A stretch of 64,000 bases of DNA. It comes from a virus. Made by a program: the position numbers and the translations under genes. The notes under the pieces are model-generated. The model did no database searches. It saw nothing but the letters and a program-made list of their open reading frames with translations, and had not been told where the DNA came from. Of the stretch, positions 10,062-19,093 are shown piece by piece (within the stretch, counting starts at the first letter, position 1; each line of letters starts with the position of its first letter). The stretch spans positions 1 to 64,000 of IMG/VR virus record IMGVR_UViG_3300006802_000078. One strand, given 5' to 3'.

Positions 10062-10532
10062 TCAGCGCCCGACGGAGACGACTGCCTCCGCGAAGCCAGA
10101 CTCCCGCGCCAGGTCTGACGCCTCCGCGGCCGCCAGCAGGAAGAGCAGCAGCATGCCCGCCTCCGCGGGGGCGAACTGCACCGCGAGCCGGCCTGCTCCA
10201 TCGGGGCCCGCCAGCTCAAGCCGCGCCTCGAAGGAGTCGAGCACCTTCTTGATCCCGTAGGCAACGTTGCGGAACGCCTCGGCGCCCTCTGCCGACATGG
10301 CCATCTGCGCCAGCCCACTCGGGCCCTCCCGCGAGGCGCCCTCGATCTGCGCTGCTGGCATGAAGACGGTGAGCCCCTGCATGACGACGATGTCAGTGGC
10401 CGCTCCTTGCAAGCGGTGGGCGAAGCGGTTCCAGAACTCCCTCAGCTCGAGGTCTCGCACAGTAGCGTGGTCGCCCACAGTGTCGCTGGCGGCGGCAGCG
10501 GCAGCAGCGGCGGCAGCTTCGTGTCGATCCAT
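10062..10532 (-). CDS. Hypothetical protein
   Basis: SD GGAGGAG before ATG 10532; 156 aa. Confidence 0.7.
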   Translation of the reverse strand: MDRHEAAAAAAAAAASDTVGDHATVRDLELREFWNRFAHRLQGAATDIVVMQGLTVFMPAAQIEGASREGPSGLAQMAMSAEGAEAFRNVAYGIKKVLDSFEARLELAGPDGAGRLAVQFAPAEAGMLLLFLLAAAEASDLARESGFAEAVVSVGR

Positions 10533-10550
10533 CGTCTCCTCCGTCGGCTG

Positions 10551-10670
10551 CAAAAGGGAGCCCCGCCCCGGGAGCAGCCATGCCCGGGACGAGGCGGGTG
10601 TGTCAGGCGACGCCCGCCAGAGCGGGGCTCCCGGAGAGAGGCGCAGCCAGTTGGAGCTGCGCCTCCCCCC
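10551..10670 (-). terminator. Structured intergenic element ending in a terminator-like stem plus U-tract
   Basis: 15-bp hairpin at 10633-10670; 11-bp stem 10556-10566/10622-10632 enclosing two hairpins; followed by TTTT on the minus strand. Confidence 0.6.
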
Positions 10671-10682
10671 TCTGCGATGGGG

Positions 10683-11468
10683 CTACCCGTCCCACTCGCT
10701 GAGCGCGTCGCCGCTGCTGCCGCTGCCAGCGCCATCGGTGCCGCCAGCGTTGCCCCCACTGCCGCCGGTGCCCCCGCTGCCCCCACCGCTCCCGCCCTCG
10801 TCGGCGTTCTCCCAGGGGCGCTTGCGAGTGTCCTCGACGGGCTGCCCGATCATGTCGCGGGCGACCACGGCGTAGGTCTGGGGGAAGTGCTTGTTGTAGG
10901 GCTTCCCGTTCCGCCCGTTGGCGGCGCACCAGGCCTGGGACGGCCCGTTCTCCTGGAAGCCGACGTAGCGGACGCAGACGGTCTTGCCCACGAGCTTGTC
11001 CAGGTCGAACGCGCTCTCGTCGGCGGCCAGGATCTCGGCGGCCTTGGCGTCGAACTCCTTCTCGGAGTCGATGTTGTAGGCGCTCATCAGCAGCCGCTTC
11101 CAGAAGCCCAGCGCGCGCGACATCACATTGCCGAGCCGCCTCTTCTCGTCCTCGGAGAGCGCGTCCCGCTGCTGCTTCGTGTCGATGACCTTGCTGATCT
11201 CCGCGGGGGCGGCGGCCCAGCCGTACTCGATCTGCCCGCTGGCGTTGAAGGGCCAGGGGTTGTTGACGAAGCTCTCGTAGCCGGAGTTGGCCACGTCCAC
11301 GACCAGGTTGGCCTGGGGGCAGCCGAGGATGCGATCGTTCATCGAGGGGAGGCCGTCGCGATCGGCGCTGACGATGACGGCCAGGTGGTGACCGGTCTCG
11401 GGGGCGCGGCTCCCGGGGAGCTTGGCCTTGCCGAGGAGTGCGAGGAGGAAGTCAGTCTTGCTGCTCAT
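10683..11468 (-). CDS. Putative ssDNA-binding protein
   Basis: Lies directly after the Sak4-like ATPase; Gly-rich linker and acidic/aromatic C-terminal tip (DALSEWDG) typical of phage SSBs. Confidence 0.5.
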   Translation of the reverse strand: MSSKTDFLLALLGKAKLPGSRAPETGHHLAVIVSADRDGLPSMNDRILGCPQANLVVDVANSGYESFVNNPWPFNASGQIEYGWAAAPAEISKVIDTKQQRDALSEDEKRRLGNVMSRALGFWKRLLMSAYNIDSEKEFDAKAAEILAADESAFDLDKLVGKTVCVRYVGFQENGPSQAWCAANGRNGKPYNKHFPQTYAVVARDMIGQPVEDTRKRPWENADEGGSGGGSGGTGGSGGNAGGTDGAGSGSSGDALSEWDG

Positions 11469-11578
11469 GGTGTATCTCTCGTCCTGTCGTCGCCTGCGCC
11501 GAGGCTATTGGGTAGAACGGGCAGGGGGCACCCCTCGGCGGCGGCGACAAGATGTCGCGCCCCCTGCCCGGTAGAAAC

Positions 11579-12673
11579 TCAAGCGATGATGTCTTCGTCG
11601 CCGAAGTCGGCCGCGCCGCCGCTGCCGCCCCCGCCGAAGCCGAGCACGCCACCCATGCTGAAGACGTCCCGCTCCTGCGCGGTGCGGAACTGGGCGCGGG
11701 CGAAGCCGTCCTGCACAGCCCACCGACAGTGCAGGTCCTTCGGGTGGCGCGGCAGCAGCGGCACGGCGCGGCTGGCCCCCAGGGTGCCGTGCTGCTGGAA
11801 CACGGTGATGACCGCCTCCTGCACATCGGGCGAGCCCCTCATGCCTGCCTTCACCAGCGTGTCGCTGATGTATTGGGCGGCGTCGTCCTGCCACTCCATG
11901 CCCTTGGGGCGGGGGAGCAGCTGGCCCTGCATGAAGGCGCTGGCGTTGATGTGCTCCCGGGGGTTGAAAGGCTGCCCGTCATAGCCCGACTGGAAGCGGT
12001 CGCCGGCGATGTAGTTGGTGTTGCTGATGCTGCTCACACCAGCGACGCGGGCGTCGGGCCAGATCTCCAGCATGTTGGCGTCCTTGATGCCGTACATGAT
12101 GAGGTCACACGCCGCAACGGCGTCGTCGCTCCGGCTGCGGGAGCCGACGTCGACCGCATACGGGTCAAGCAGCTGCCCTCGCTTGTTCCGGCGCTCCTCC
12201 AGCAGGTGCCAGGTGAAGCCGACGGGGACCTGCAGGGCGCGCATCTCCTCGAAGAACCGCCGCACGCGGAGCTTGTGGTCGGTCCAGCCGGGGTTGGCCC
12301 CGTTGCCATCCCAGCTCGCCTTCGCCCGGTCGAGCAGGCGGTTGGCCGTTGCGTTCGCGCGGAAGGTGGCGTCGTCGATGATGATGCCCCGCCGGCGGAG
12401 CTCATCGAGGCCGATCTTGCCCAGCACCTTTTCGATCGCCTCCGGGAAGTCCTCGAGGAAGCGCACGGGCAGCGGGTAGATCGAGTAGCAGCCCTTGGGG
12501 GGGAGCCCGAGGGACCCGACAGCGATGACCTCGATACTCGATCGGTCGCCGAAGCAGATGGCCTCGGGGAAGAGGCGGAGCAGGCCGCTCGTCTTGAGGG
12601 TCTTGGGGTGGCCCACCAGCGACACCATGGGAGCGGTGAGGCTGAGGCCTGCGGGGTCTGGCGTGGAGGACAT
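11579..12673 (-). CDS. AAA_24/Sak4-like P-loop ATPase (recombinase)
   Basis: SLVGHPKTLKTS (deviant Walker A), IIIDD, GFTWH, CDLI; sits in a nuclease-ATPase-SSB triad. Confidence 0.7.
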   Translation of the reverse strand: MSSTPDPAGLSLTAPMVSLVGHPKTLKTSGLLRLFPEAICFGDRSSIEVIAVGSLGLPPKGCYSIYPLPVRFLEDFPEAIEKVLGKIGLDELRRRGIIIDDATFRANATANRLLDRAKASWDGNGANPGWTDHKLRVRRFFEEMRALQVPVGFTWHLLEERRNKRGQLLDPYAVDVGSRSRSDDAVAACDLIMYGIKDANMLEIWPDARVAGVSSISNTNYIAGDRFQSGYDGQPFNPREHINASAFMQGQLLPRPKGMEWQDDAAQYISDTLVKAGMRGSPDVQEAVITVFQQHGTLGASRAVPLLPRHPKDLHCRWAVQDGFARAQFRTAQERDVFSMGGVLGFGGGGSGGAADFGDEDIIA

Positions 12674-12708
12674 CGTGGCTCCTTTCACTCAGTGGTTATA
12701 GTCGGATC

Positions 12709-12725
12709 GTTGCGCAGCGTGCAAC
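12709..12725. promoter_or_regulatory. GTTGC-N7-GCAAC operator overlapping the -35 (TTGCAC-18-TATAAC, minus strand) of the Sak4-like gene
   Basis: gttgc gcagcgt gcaac, intergenic; one of six copies. Confidence 0.75.
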
Positions 12726-12734
12726 AAGAATCTT

Positions 12735-14000
12735 CTACCAGTCGGCCAGCGGGTCGTCAGCCGTGCCTTCTCCGATCGACGAAGACTTCGCTGCCGCTGC
12801 CGTCGTAGCAGCGGGACCCCCAGAGCAGGCGTGGTGGTAGCGGCACATGCCGTAGCGGCCGAAGCACTCCTCGGTACCCGAGGCCGGGGCATCCCACCAC
12901 GTGACGGCGCCGCGGTCCACCAGGCTGTCCCACGTGGCGATGCTCCGCTCCCACCACTGCAGTGCGATTGCGAGCCTCCCGTCAGAGAACGGCTGGGGGG
13001 GAAGCTCCACGTAGGTGGACTTGAAGGGGGGCTTCGTCTGCACGACGAGGCAGTGCACCCCGTCGTACTCGACATCGGCCGAAGCGGCGCTGCGCATCTT
13101 CTCCGCCGCGATGAGCTGGGGCTCCAGCACGCGGAAGGCGCGGAACCCGACGATGCCCCCGTAGCTGAGCTGCGCGCCGCCGGCCCCCTTGATGAGCCCC
13201 TTGTGGTCGATGCTGCGGCGCTGGTAGCCGAACTGTGCGAGCAGGTCTCGCCGGCGAGTGATGCAGACGACGTGACCCCCGACGACGAGGGGCGTGATCA
13301 GCAGTGGCTTGCCTTCCGCGTCGAGCAGCAGCGACTCGAACCTGCCGTCGCTGCGGCGGGGGATGGGGGAGCCCGCGTCGCTCCACCGCAGGATGCTCGC
13401 CGGGTCGCAGGCCCAGACGAACATGCACTGCACCTCGGCGTCCCCCCGCTTGCGAGAAGCCCGGGTGCCGACGTCAGCGACCACGGGGGCGTGGGCTCCC
13501 AGCGCGGGGGCGAGCCGCCTCGCGTCCCACGCGACGTAGCCGACGATGCCGATGATCTCCCGCTCCACCTCCAGGATCTGCGCCCGCTTCAGCGCAACAC
13601 CTGGGGGGCTCCGCTCGAAGCGGTCAAGCACGGAGTGGACCAGGGAGACGAACTGCTCCCCCTTGCCCTCGGCCTCCTCGGTCCAAGCCGTGACCGCGTC
13701 GTGGGGCAGCAGCAGCGACGACGCCAGCATCGGGGTGACCTCGACGTCGTACATCACCTTGTCACTGTCCAGATCGTGGAGCTGACCGACGATGGGGGTC
13801 TGCCCCGCGGCGACCGCCTGGTGCAGGCACCAGTGGGCAGCACCGGCGTGCACCATGCTCCCTCTGACGAGCCCGTCATCGCCCCCTTGAGGAGTGACCC
13901 CCAGCCGCTCCTGGGCGCCGAAGCGGAACAGGCAGCGAGCAGCCGGTTCGATGCGAGAGCCGCCGCGGCGGCTCCGCCCGGCGAAGGCGGCGAGCCTCAT
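12735..14000 (-). CDS. PD-(D/E)XK exonuclease, Cas4/RecB-like
   Basis: N-terminal Cys, GSMVH, EVERE, RDLL...IDHK, C-terminal C-x6-C-x5-C Fe-S ligands. Confidence 0.75.
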   Translation of the reverse strand: MRLAAFAGRSRRGGSRIEPAARCLFRFGAQERLGVTPQGGDDGLVRGSMVHAGAAHWCLHQAVAAGQTPIVGQLHDLDSDKVMYDVEVTPMLASSLLLPHDAVTAWTEEAEGKGEQFVSLVHSVLDRFERSPPGVALKRAQILEVEREIIGIVGYVAWDARRLAPALGAHAPVVADVGTRASRKRGDAEVQCMFVWACDPASILRWSDAGSPIPRRSDGRFESLLLDAEGKPLLITPLVVGGHVVCITRRRDLLAQFGYQRRSIDHKGLIKGAGGAQLSYGGIVGFRAFRVLEPQLIAAEKMRSAASADVEYDGVHCLVVQTKPPFKSTYVELPPQPFSDGRLAIALQWWERSIATWDSLVDRGAVTWWDAPASGTEECFGRYGMCRYHHACSGGPAATTAAAAKSSSIGEGTADDPLADW

Positions 14001-14015
14001 GCCCCACCCCCGAGG

Positions 14016-14342
14016 TCAGTAGACGGTGACGGCGATGGCTTGACGCAGCGCTTCGCGAGCGTCGTCCTCCGGGATCTCGAGGCCGACGGCGATGGCGTGG
14101 GCGAGCCGCTGCGAGGTGGCCACGCTGATGGGGCGCTTGCTGCCCCCCACGATGCGACAGATCGTGGCGCGGTGGCATTGGCAGACCGTGGCCAGATCCG
14201 CTTGGCACCAGCCCGTCCGCTCCATGACGTGGGTGAGCAGCTCGCTGAGCGTGCGAACTGGCGCAGCCGTGGGCGCAGGCTCCGCCGCCGGTGCTGGCGC
14301 AGCTGGCTCAGGGAGCTCGGCGATGGAGAGCAGCACGGGCAT
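14016..14342 (-). CDS. XRE-family HTH transcriptional regulator (probably leaderless)
   Basis: GWCQADLATVCQCHRATICRIVGGSKRP helix-turn-helix; ATG 6 nt after the -10 box; no SD. Confidence 0.85.
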   Translation of the reverse strand: MPVLLSIAELPEPAAPAPAAEPAPTAAPVRTLSELLTHVMERTGWCQADLATVCQCHRATICRIVGGSKRPISVATSQRLAHAIAVGLEIPEDDAREALRQAIAVTVY

Positions 14343-14348
14343 GCGAGC

Positions 14349-14378
14349 AGCGTAGCGCAGTGTTGCGTCAAGTGCAAC
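14349..14378 (-). promoter_or_regulatory. Sigma70-type promoter TTGCAC-17-TACGCT with GTTGC-N7-GCAAC operator (14362-14378)
   Basis: Exact 17-bp spacing; the palindrome overlaps the -35. Confidence 0.75.
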
Positions 14379-14385
14379 TTGTGGG

Positions 14386-16779
14386 TCACAGCCACAACCC
14401 CTTGGAAGCCGCGGCCAGTGCAGCAGCGGCGAGCTGGTCACTGCCACGCGAAGCGATGAGCTGCTGGTCCAGGTCTCCGATCTCGCCGGAGCTGAAGATC
14501 CGCATCATGTAGTCGAACTCCTTGCTGAGGGCGCGGGCGATCTTGGTTTCCACCCCTCCGCGCACCAGGGGGATCCAGACCCGGCTGGGCTTCTCCATGC
14601 CGGGGCGGCGGAAGCGACCGAGGAACTGCAGGATCAGGAACGGGCGCCAGTCGAGCATTGTGAGGATGCCGAGGGAGGCGAACTGCATCCCGTTGAGGCC
14701 AACGCCGAGGACGCCCAGCGTGCCGACGAGGATCGTCGGCTGCCCCGTCTGGGCCCGGGAGCGGAACCAGCCGTCGGTCACCTGGTTGCGCTCGATGGCG
14801 GAAGCGGCGTCGTCTCCCTCTGCGAGCAGCGCGCGGAGACCGCAGCGGCCGCGGAGTATCGGGTCCTTGTCGATGAGCTTCGCGAGGCGCTCGGTCCACT
14901 CCTTCGCCTCGGCGATGCGCGCCGTCGCGATGACCACCGCGCCGCCGTCTCGGACCTCGTCGATGGCGCGACTCAGCACGAGGGAGCGCTTCATGCACGC
15001 GGCGCTGATGATCCCCACCTCGTCGGCGGAGTCGATGCGCGCCTGCTCGCTGCCACCATCGTCGACGCCACGACGCTTCGCCATGATCGACGAGAGCGAC
15101 GGGGGCTTGTCGAGGTCTCGCTCGTCGTGCCAGGTGACGCTGACCGTCAGCGGCGGCAGGTCCCCGTGGGACTCCTCGTAGGGCACGTCGTGCAGCAGGT
15201 GGTGCACCCGCTCTCGGAGCTCCGCGGTGCGGCTCTCCCCGTCCTCTCGCACGCCGTAGCCTCTGGGATCCTGCTCTGCATCGCAGTAGGCCCAGCGAAA
15301 GCTGGCCTTGTAGCTACCAAAGCCGTGTGGGTCCACCCGATGCAGAGGCTGGAAGATCTTCTTCGGCTTGCCCTTCGTCAGCACCGTGGCGCTGAGTCCG
15401 AAGTGGTGCTGGATGGTCTCCCACAGCGCGAGGTTCTCGGTGGCCGCGGCCTGGATGAGCTTCCCTCCCTTGGTCCGCTTCGACTCGAAGCCCATCCCCC
15501 CACCCTTGAGCGGGACGGCCTCGGTCGTCACCGGGTCCGCGTCGTCGTGGATCTCGTCCTCGATCAGCACGGCCGGCGACTGCAGCCCGACGAGGTCGTA
15601 GTAGTCGGCGAGGGTCTCCCTCCCGACGATGATGCAGGGCCTGCCCTTGCGACGCTGGGCCTCGGCCCGCCACCAGGTGAGACGCATCCGCTGGGCTGCG
15701 GCGCTGCAGCCGGTCGCGACCACGGGCCACGAGGCGTAGCCTTCGCGAGCAGCAGCGGCAGCGGCGCGACCGTCATGCACTGCCCAGTCGAGCTTCGCTC
15801 CCCGGGTCCACGCCAGCGCCTCCATCAGCTCTGGCGTCTCGCTGTAGTGCGACTCGAAGGCAGCAACGACCTCGCCTGCGGGGGGGCTGGCGCGGAACAG
15901 GGCGCGGAGCCGCGCGTCCTCCCCCTTCGGGGCACCGTCACCCAAGATGCGGTCAGCGATGCCAGGCTGCCCCTGCGCTCCCCGATGCCCGATGCCGAGC
16001 CACGCCCAGTGCTTGACGAACCCGCCCTCCGGCAGGTCCGGCGACGAGGTCCACGCCCAGGGCACGTCTCCGCCAGCGAGGGCGATTTGCTCCGTCAGGT
16101 CCAGGTCCCGCGGCCCCTGCTTGCTCGGGGCCTCGAGCAGGATCATGCTCCAGTCCGGGGCGAAGCGGGGGATCTCCGCCCACCAGATCCCCCGCAGCCC
16201 GCCGCGACAGACCACGACGACGGGGCCGTCGTCCGTCGTGCTGACGAGCTGCGCGGCGATGATGGCGGCGCCCGTCTTGCCAGCTCCTGCCTTGCCGATG
16301 GTGACCGCCCCTACCTGGAGCGCCGCAGCCCGCATGGCCACCCCGGCGAACTCCTCCTGGAAACGGCGCAGCTTCGGGGTGCGAGGCGACAGGCGCCCGT
16401 CCACGCGGGCATGGCGGACCTCCTCTCGGCCCAGCTCGAGCAGCTGGGGGCGATGGTTCTCGATCTTGCCGTAGAACCACTTCGGGATCTCCGGGGGCAG
16501 ATCGCTGTGGGCGCCGCCGTTTCCCATCTTCCGCGCCGAGGAGACGATGGGTGGCAACATGCTCCTCGCGTCGCGGAGGGCTGCGGCCGCGTGCCACGGC
16601 GCCTCCAGGAAGATGCGGCTACCGGTCGCGCCCTTGTTCACCCGCCGGGCGTAGCCGCTGCCCCCGTCGGAGGCGTAGACCCGCGCGCCGGGGACCTCCT
16701 GCTCAATGGCGCCGGCGCGCTCCACTGAGCATTGGGCGAAGTCCAGAACGACGATCGGACCACGGTAGCGCAGGTTCAT
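14386..16779 (-). CDS. SNF2-like superfamily 2 helicase
   Basis: GKAGAGKT, WWAEI, IEDEIH, LSAT, DLPP, GVGLNGMQ, QFLGRFRRPG. Confidence 0.85.
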   Translation of the reverse strand: MNLRYRGPIVVLDFAQCSVERAGAIEQEVPGARVYASDGGSGYARRVNKGATGSRIFLEAPWHAAAALRDARSMLPPIVSSARKMGNGGAHSDLPPEIPKWFYGKIENHRPQLLELGREEVRHARVDGRLSPRTPKLRRFQEEFAGVAMRAAALQVGAVTIGKAGAGKTGAAIIAAQLVSTTDDGPVVVVCRGGLRGIWWAEIPRFAPDWSMILLEAPSKQGPRDLDLTEQIALAGGDVPWAWTSSPDLPEGGFVKHWAWLGIGHRGAQGQPGIADRILGDGAPKGEDARLRALFRASPPAGEVVAAFESHYSETPELMEALAWTRGAKLDWAVHDGRAAAAAAREGYASWPVVATGCSAAAQRMRLTWWRAEAQRRKGRPCIIVGRETLADYYDLVGLQSPAVLIEDEIHDDADPVTTEAVPLKGGGMGFESKRTKGGKLIQAAATENLALWETIQHHFGLSATVLTKGKPKKIFQPLHRVDPHGFGSYKASFRWAYCDAEQDPRGYGVREDGESRTAELRERVHHLLHDVPYEESHGDLPPLTVSVTWHDERDLDKPPSLSSIMAKRRGVDDGGSEQARIDSADEVGIISAACMKRSLVLSRAIDEVRDGGAVVIATARIAEAKEWTERLAKLIDKDPILRGRCGLRALLAEGDDAASAIERNQVTDGWFRSRAQTGQPTILVGTLGVLGVGLNGMQFASLGILTMLDWRPFLILQFLGRFRRPGMEKPSRVWIPLVRGGVETKIARALSKEFDYMMRIFSSGEIGDLDQQLIASRGSDQLAAAALAAASKGLWL

Positions 16780-17027
16780 GGCCTCGTCTCCCTCAGCCAC
16801 GCAGAGAGGCGCAGCACCAGGCGGTGGATCACGTCGCGCGCCCCTGGGTCGTCGGGCTCGATGCCGTAGATCTCGAAGCGCGCCCCCACGTCAGCCCCGG
16901 CAAGGACGGGGGCTCCGTCCACTACGATGCTGAAGATGGCTGGCTCTTGCCCCAGCTGCTCCGGCTCCGGCTCGCTCGGAGCCTGGGCTACGCGGTACGC
17001 CGCGAGGTCGATGATGACGCCGTCCAT
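16776..17027 (-). CDS. Hypothetical protein
   Basis: 83 aa; SD GGAGG; coupled to the SNF2 gene. Confidence 0.65.
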   Translation of the reverse strand: MDGVIIDLAAYRVAQAPSEPEPEQLGQEPAIFSIVVDGAPVLAGADVGARFEIYGIEPDDPGARDVIHRLVLRLSAWLRETRP

Positions 17028-17141
17028 TCAACCCTCCTCTTCTGGGCCTGGGGTCACGAACCAGACCACCGCCACCAGCAGCCAGAACCCCAGCGTGGCG
17101 ACGATCAGCACCTTGATGCCGCTCGCTGCTACGACATCCAT
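17028..17141 (-). CDS. Small membrane protein
   Basis: 37 aa; MDVVAASGIKVLIVATLGFWLLVAVVWF; SD GAGGAGG. Confidence 0.55.
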   Translation of the reverse strand: MDVVAASGIKVLIVATLGFWLLVAVVWFVTPGPEEEG

Positions 17142-17719
17142 GCCAGGTCCTCCTCGAAGTCCTGCTCCGGCGTGGGTGCGGGCGCAGCTGCTGGCTCCGC
17201 CTTCGGCGCTGGCTCCGCTGCGGGGGCCGCCGGCAGCGCCCCCATCTCATCGAAGAGGATCTGCCGGAGCTCGTCTCGGATGTGGGCGTACTCCGTTCCA
17301 GGCTCGTGCTTGACGTAGGCGATCCACGCCTCCCTCAGCCGCGGCAGGTTGCGCCAGGTGACCAGCCCTCCCTGACGGGTGCCCCATCGCGCGAGGATGT
17401 CGCGGCTGGGGGTTCGGATCGACAGCTCCCTGGCCAGCCCTGGGGTGGCGCGGCAGGTGTCGAGGAGCCACTGAGCGCTGCCCACGACGGGCTTGCCCGA
17501 CACCGTCTGCGGCGGCCTGCCGGACAGCGCGTCGTCCTTGCGCAGGAGCTTCGCGATCTTGGCCACGGTCATTCTGGATACCCCCGTGTCGTCCATGATG
17601 CGGTCCCAGGTGTGACCACTTCGCAGACCGAGGATGACGTGGCCGTACTTGTCGCGGAGGTCGTCGTCTGTCAGACGCCGCCTTCCGACCGGCTTCTTCT
17701 TGGTGGGTGCTTTGGGCAT
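17129..17719 (-). CDS. HTH DNA-binding protein
   Basis: LRSGHTWDRIMDDTGVSRMTVAKI; SD AGGAGG. Confidence 0.75.
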   Translation of the reverse strand: MPKAPTKKKPVGRRRLTDDDLRDKYGHVILGLRSGHTWDRIMDDTGVSRMTVAKIAKLLRKDDALSGRPPQTVSGKPVVGSAQWLLDTCRATPGLARELSIRTPSRDILARWGTRQGGLVTWRNLPRLREAWIAYVKHEPGTEYAHIRDELRQILFDEMGALPAAPAAEPAPKAEPAAAPAPTPEQDFEEDLAWMS

Positions 17720-17736
17720 TCTCCGTACCTCCTGTG

Positions 17737-18294
17737 TCAGAACCCGTAGTCCTGATGATCGGTTGATGTGCATGAGCCACACGTTGGGCAGAACAAGTAC
17801 GCCTGCCCTCGATGGCGCGACTCTATCGCGTACCGCGCCGCAGCGTCCACCCCGATGTAGTCCAGGTAGGCGCGGTCCATCTCACTCATCCACTGCCTGG
17901 CTACGGTCTGATCGTGGCGGACGATGGTCTCCGCCGGCCCCCCTCGCAGCAGCGGGTGGGCTCCGAGCAGCACCTCCGCCTGCCCCAGGTAGCGGTCCAA
18001 GCTGGTGCGGCGCTGGCGCCAGATCCGCTTGCGCACCGTGGACGGGTCGTAGCCATGGGCGCGGCAGAACTGCTTCACCGGCAGCTGCTGGCGGTCCCGG
18101 TTGTCCTTGTAGCAAGCAGCCACCAGGTTGACCGGGTCGTGGCTCCCCCCAGCCCCTCGTGGCACCAGGTGATCCAGGGAGAGGAACTCCCCGTCGCCGA
18201 GGAGTTCCTCGATCCCACGGGCGCAGTAGACGCACTGGAGGCCGCCGCGCAGCAGCAGCGCCCAGCGCTTCTTCTCCCGGACCCACTGGCTCAT
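17737..18294 (-). CDS. HNH endonuclease
   Basis: CVYC, LDHLVPRGAGGSHDPVNLVAACYKDN; ATGA overlap with the upstream gene. Confidence 0.88.
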   Translation of the reverse strand: MSQWVREKKRWALLLRGGLQCVYCARGIEELLGDGEFLSLDHLVPRGAGGSHDPVNLVAACYKDNRDRQQLPVKQFCRAHGYDPSTVRKRIWRQRRTSLDRYLGQAEVLLGAHPLLRGGPAETIVRHDQTVARQWMSEMDRAYLDYIGVDAAARYAIESRHRGQAYLFCPTCGSCTSTDHQDYGF

Positions 18295-18917
18295 GCCAGC
18301 TTGCCCCCATGGCGGTAGGAGCGGGTGGCGTTGTAGGCGAGCTTCCGCTCGATCTCGTGCTGCAGGTTGGCGCCAAGGATGCGGCAGAGCTCCTCGCACA
18401 GGAGGACGGTGCGGACGAGCGCAGGCGCGGCATCTTCCACGCTGTCGAGCAGCTCTGCGCATGCTGTCGACACCTCGCTGTGGATGGTAGCGAGAGCGCC
18501 GAGCGGCCTGCCATACATGTACTGCCGGAGGCGGGGGGACGCCCAGAGCCGCTCGCGTTTGCCGCTGAGCTCCACCCCACCGGCGCCGAGCAGGTCGAAG
18601 ATGCGGATCGCCACGTCGGCGAGCTCGCTGAAGAAGCCCTCCGGCTTGCCGTCCTCGCGGAGGGTCGTGGTCATGCGACCGATGCGGGCGTCCTCGCAGG
18701 CCTCGCTCAGCTCGCTGTGGATGAGGGCGATCTTGTCCGGCGCCTGGTCGAACACCAGCGCCGCGTCGAGGTCGGCGTAGCTCGCGACTGGCTTCGTCTC
18801 GTCGATGCGCTCGTTGTCCCACCAGCCCTTGCTGGCCGAGGCCAGGAAGCAGCGGCGGCTGAGGTCGTTGAACGACTCGGGGGTGAAGTCGGTGCGGAAC
18901 AGAGGCAGGTCGGTCAT
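18291..18917 (-). CDS. MazG-like nucleotide pyrophosphohydrolase
   Basis: KGWWD, IALIHSELSEA, SELADVAIRIFDL, KLAYNATRSYRHGGK. Confidence 0.88.
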   Translation of the reverse strand: MTDLPLFRTDFTPESFNDLSRRCFLASASKGWWDNERIDETKPVASYADLDAALVFDQAPDKIALIHSELSEACEDARIGRMTTTLREDGKPEGFFSELADVAIRIFDLLGAGGVELSGKRERLWASPRLRQYMYGRPLGALATIHSEVSTACAELLDSVEDAAPALVRTVLLCEELCRILGANLQHEIERKLAYNATRSYRHGGKLA

Positions 18918-19093
18918 GACGTGTGAGTCTCCTTGAGCATGAGCTCGGTGATGAGAGGGATGATGCGGTAGCGGTCGTGGGCGAGGCACGCGCGGTCCCA
19001 CGCGGTGAGGAACGGGTTGGAGCTGCGGTCGGCTGGCGGGGTCGACTCGATGACTACACGAGTCACCCCGACGCTCCTCGGCTTGAACACCAT
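18914..19093 (-). CDS. Hypothetical protein
   Basis: 59 aa; TGATG and ATGA coupling on both sides. Confidence 0.6.
   Translation of the reverse strand: MVFKPRSVGVTRVVIESTPPADRSSNPFLTAWDRACLAHDRYRIIPLITELMLKETHTS

Noticed and set aside
12735-14000. CRISPR-Cas system suggested by the Cas4-like gene
   Set aside because: No repeat-spacer array or other cas genes seen; Cas4-like exonucleases are common in phage recombination modules
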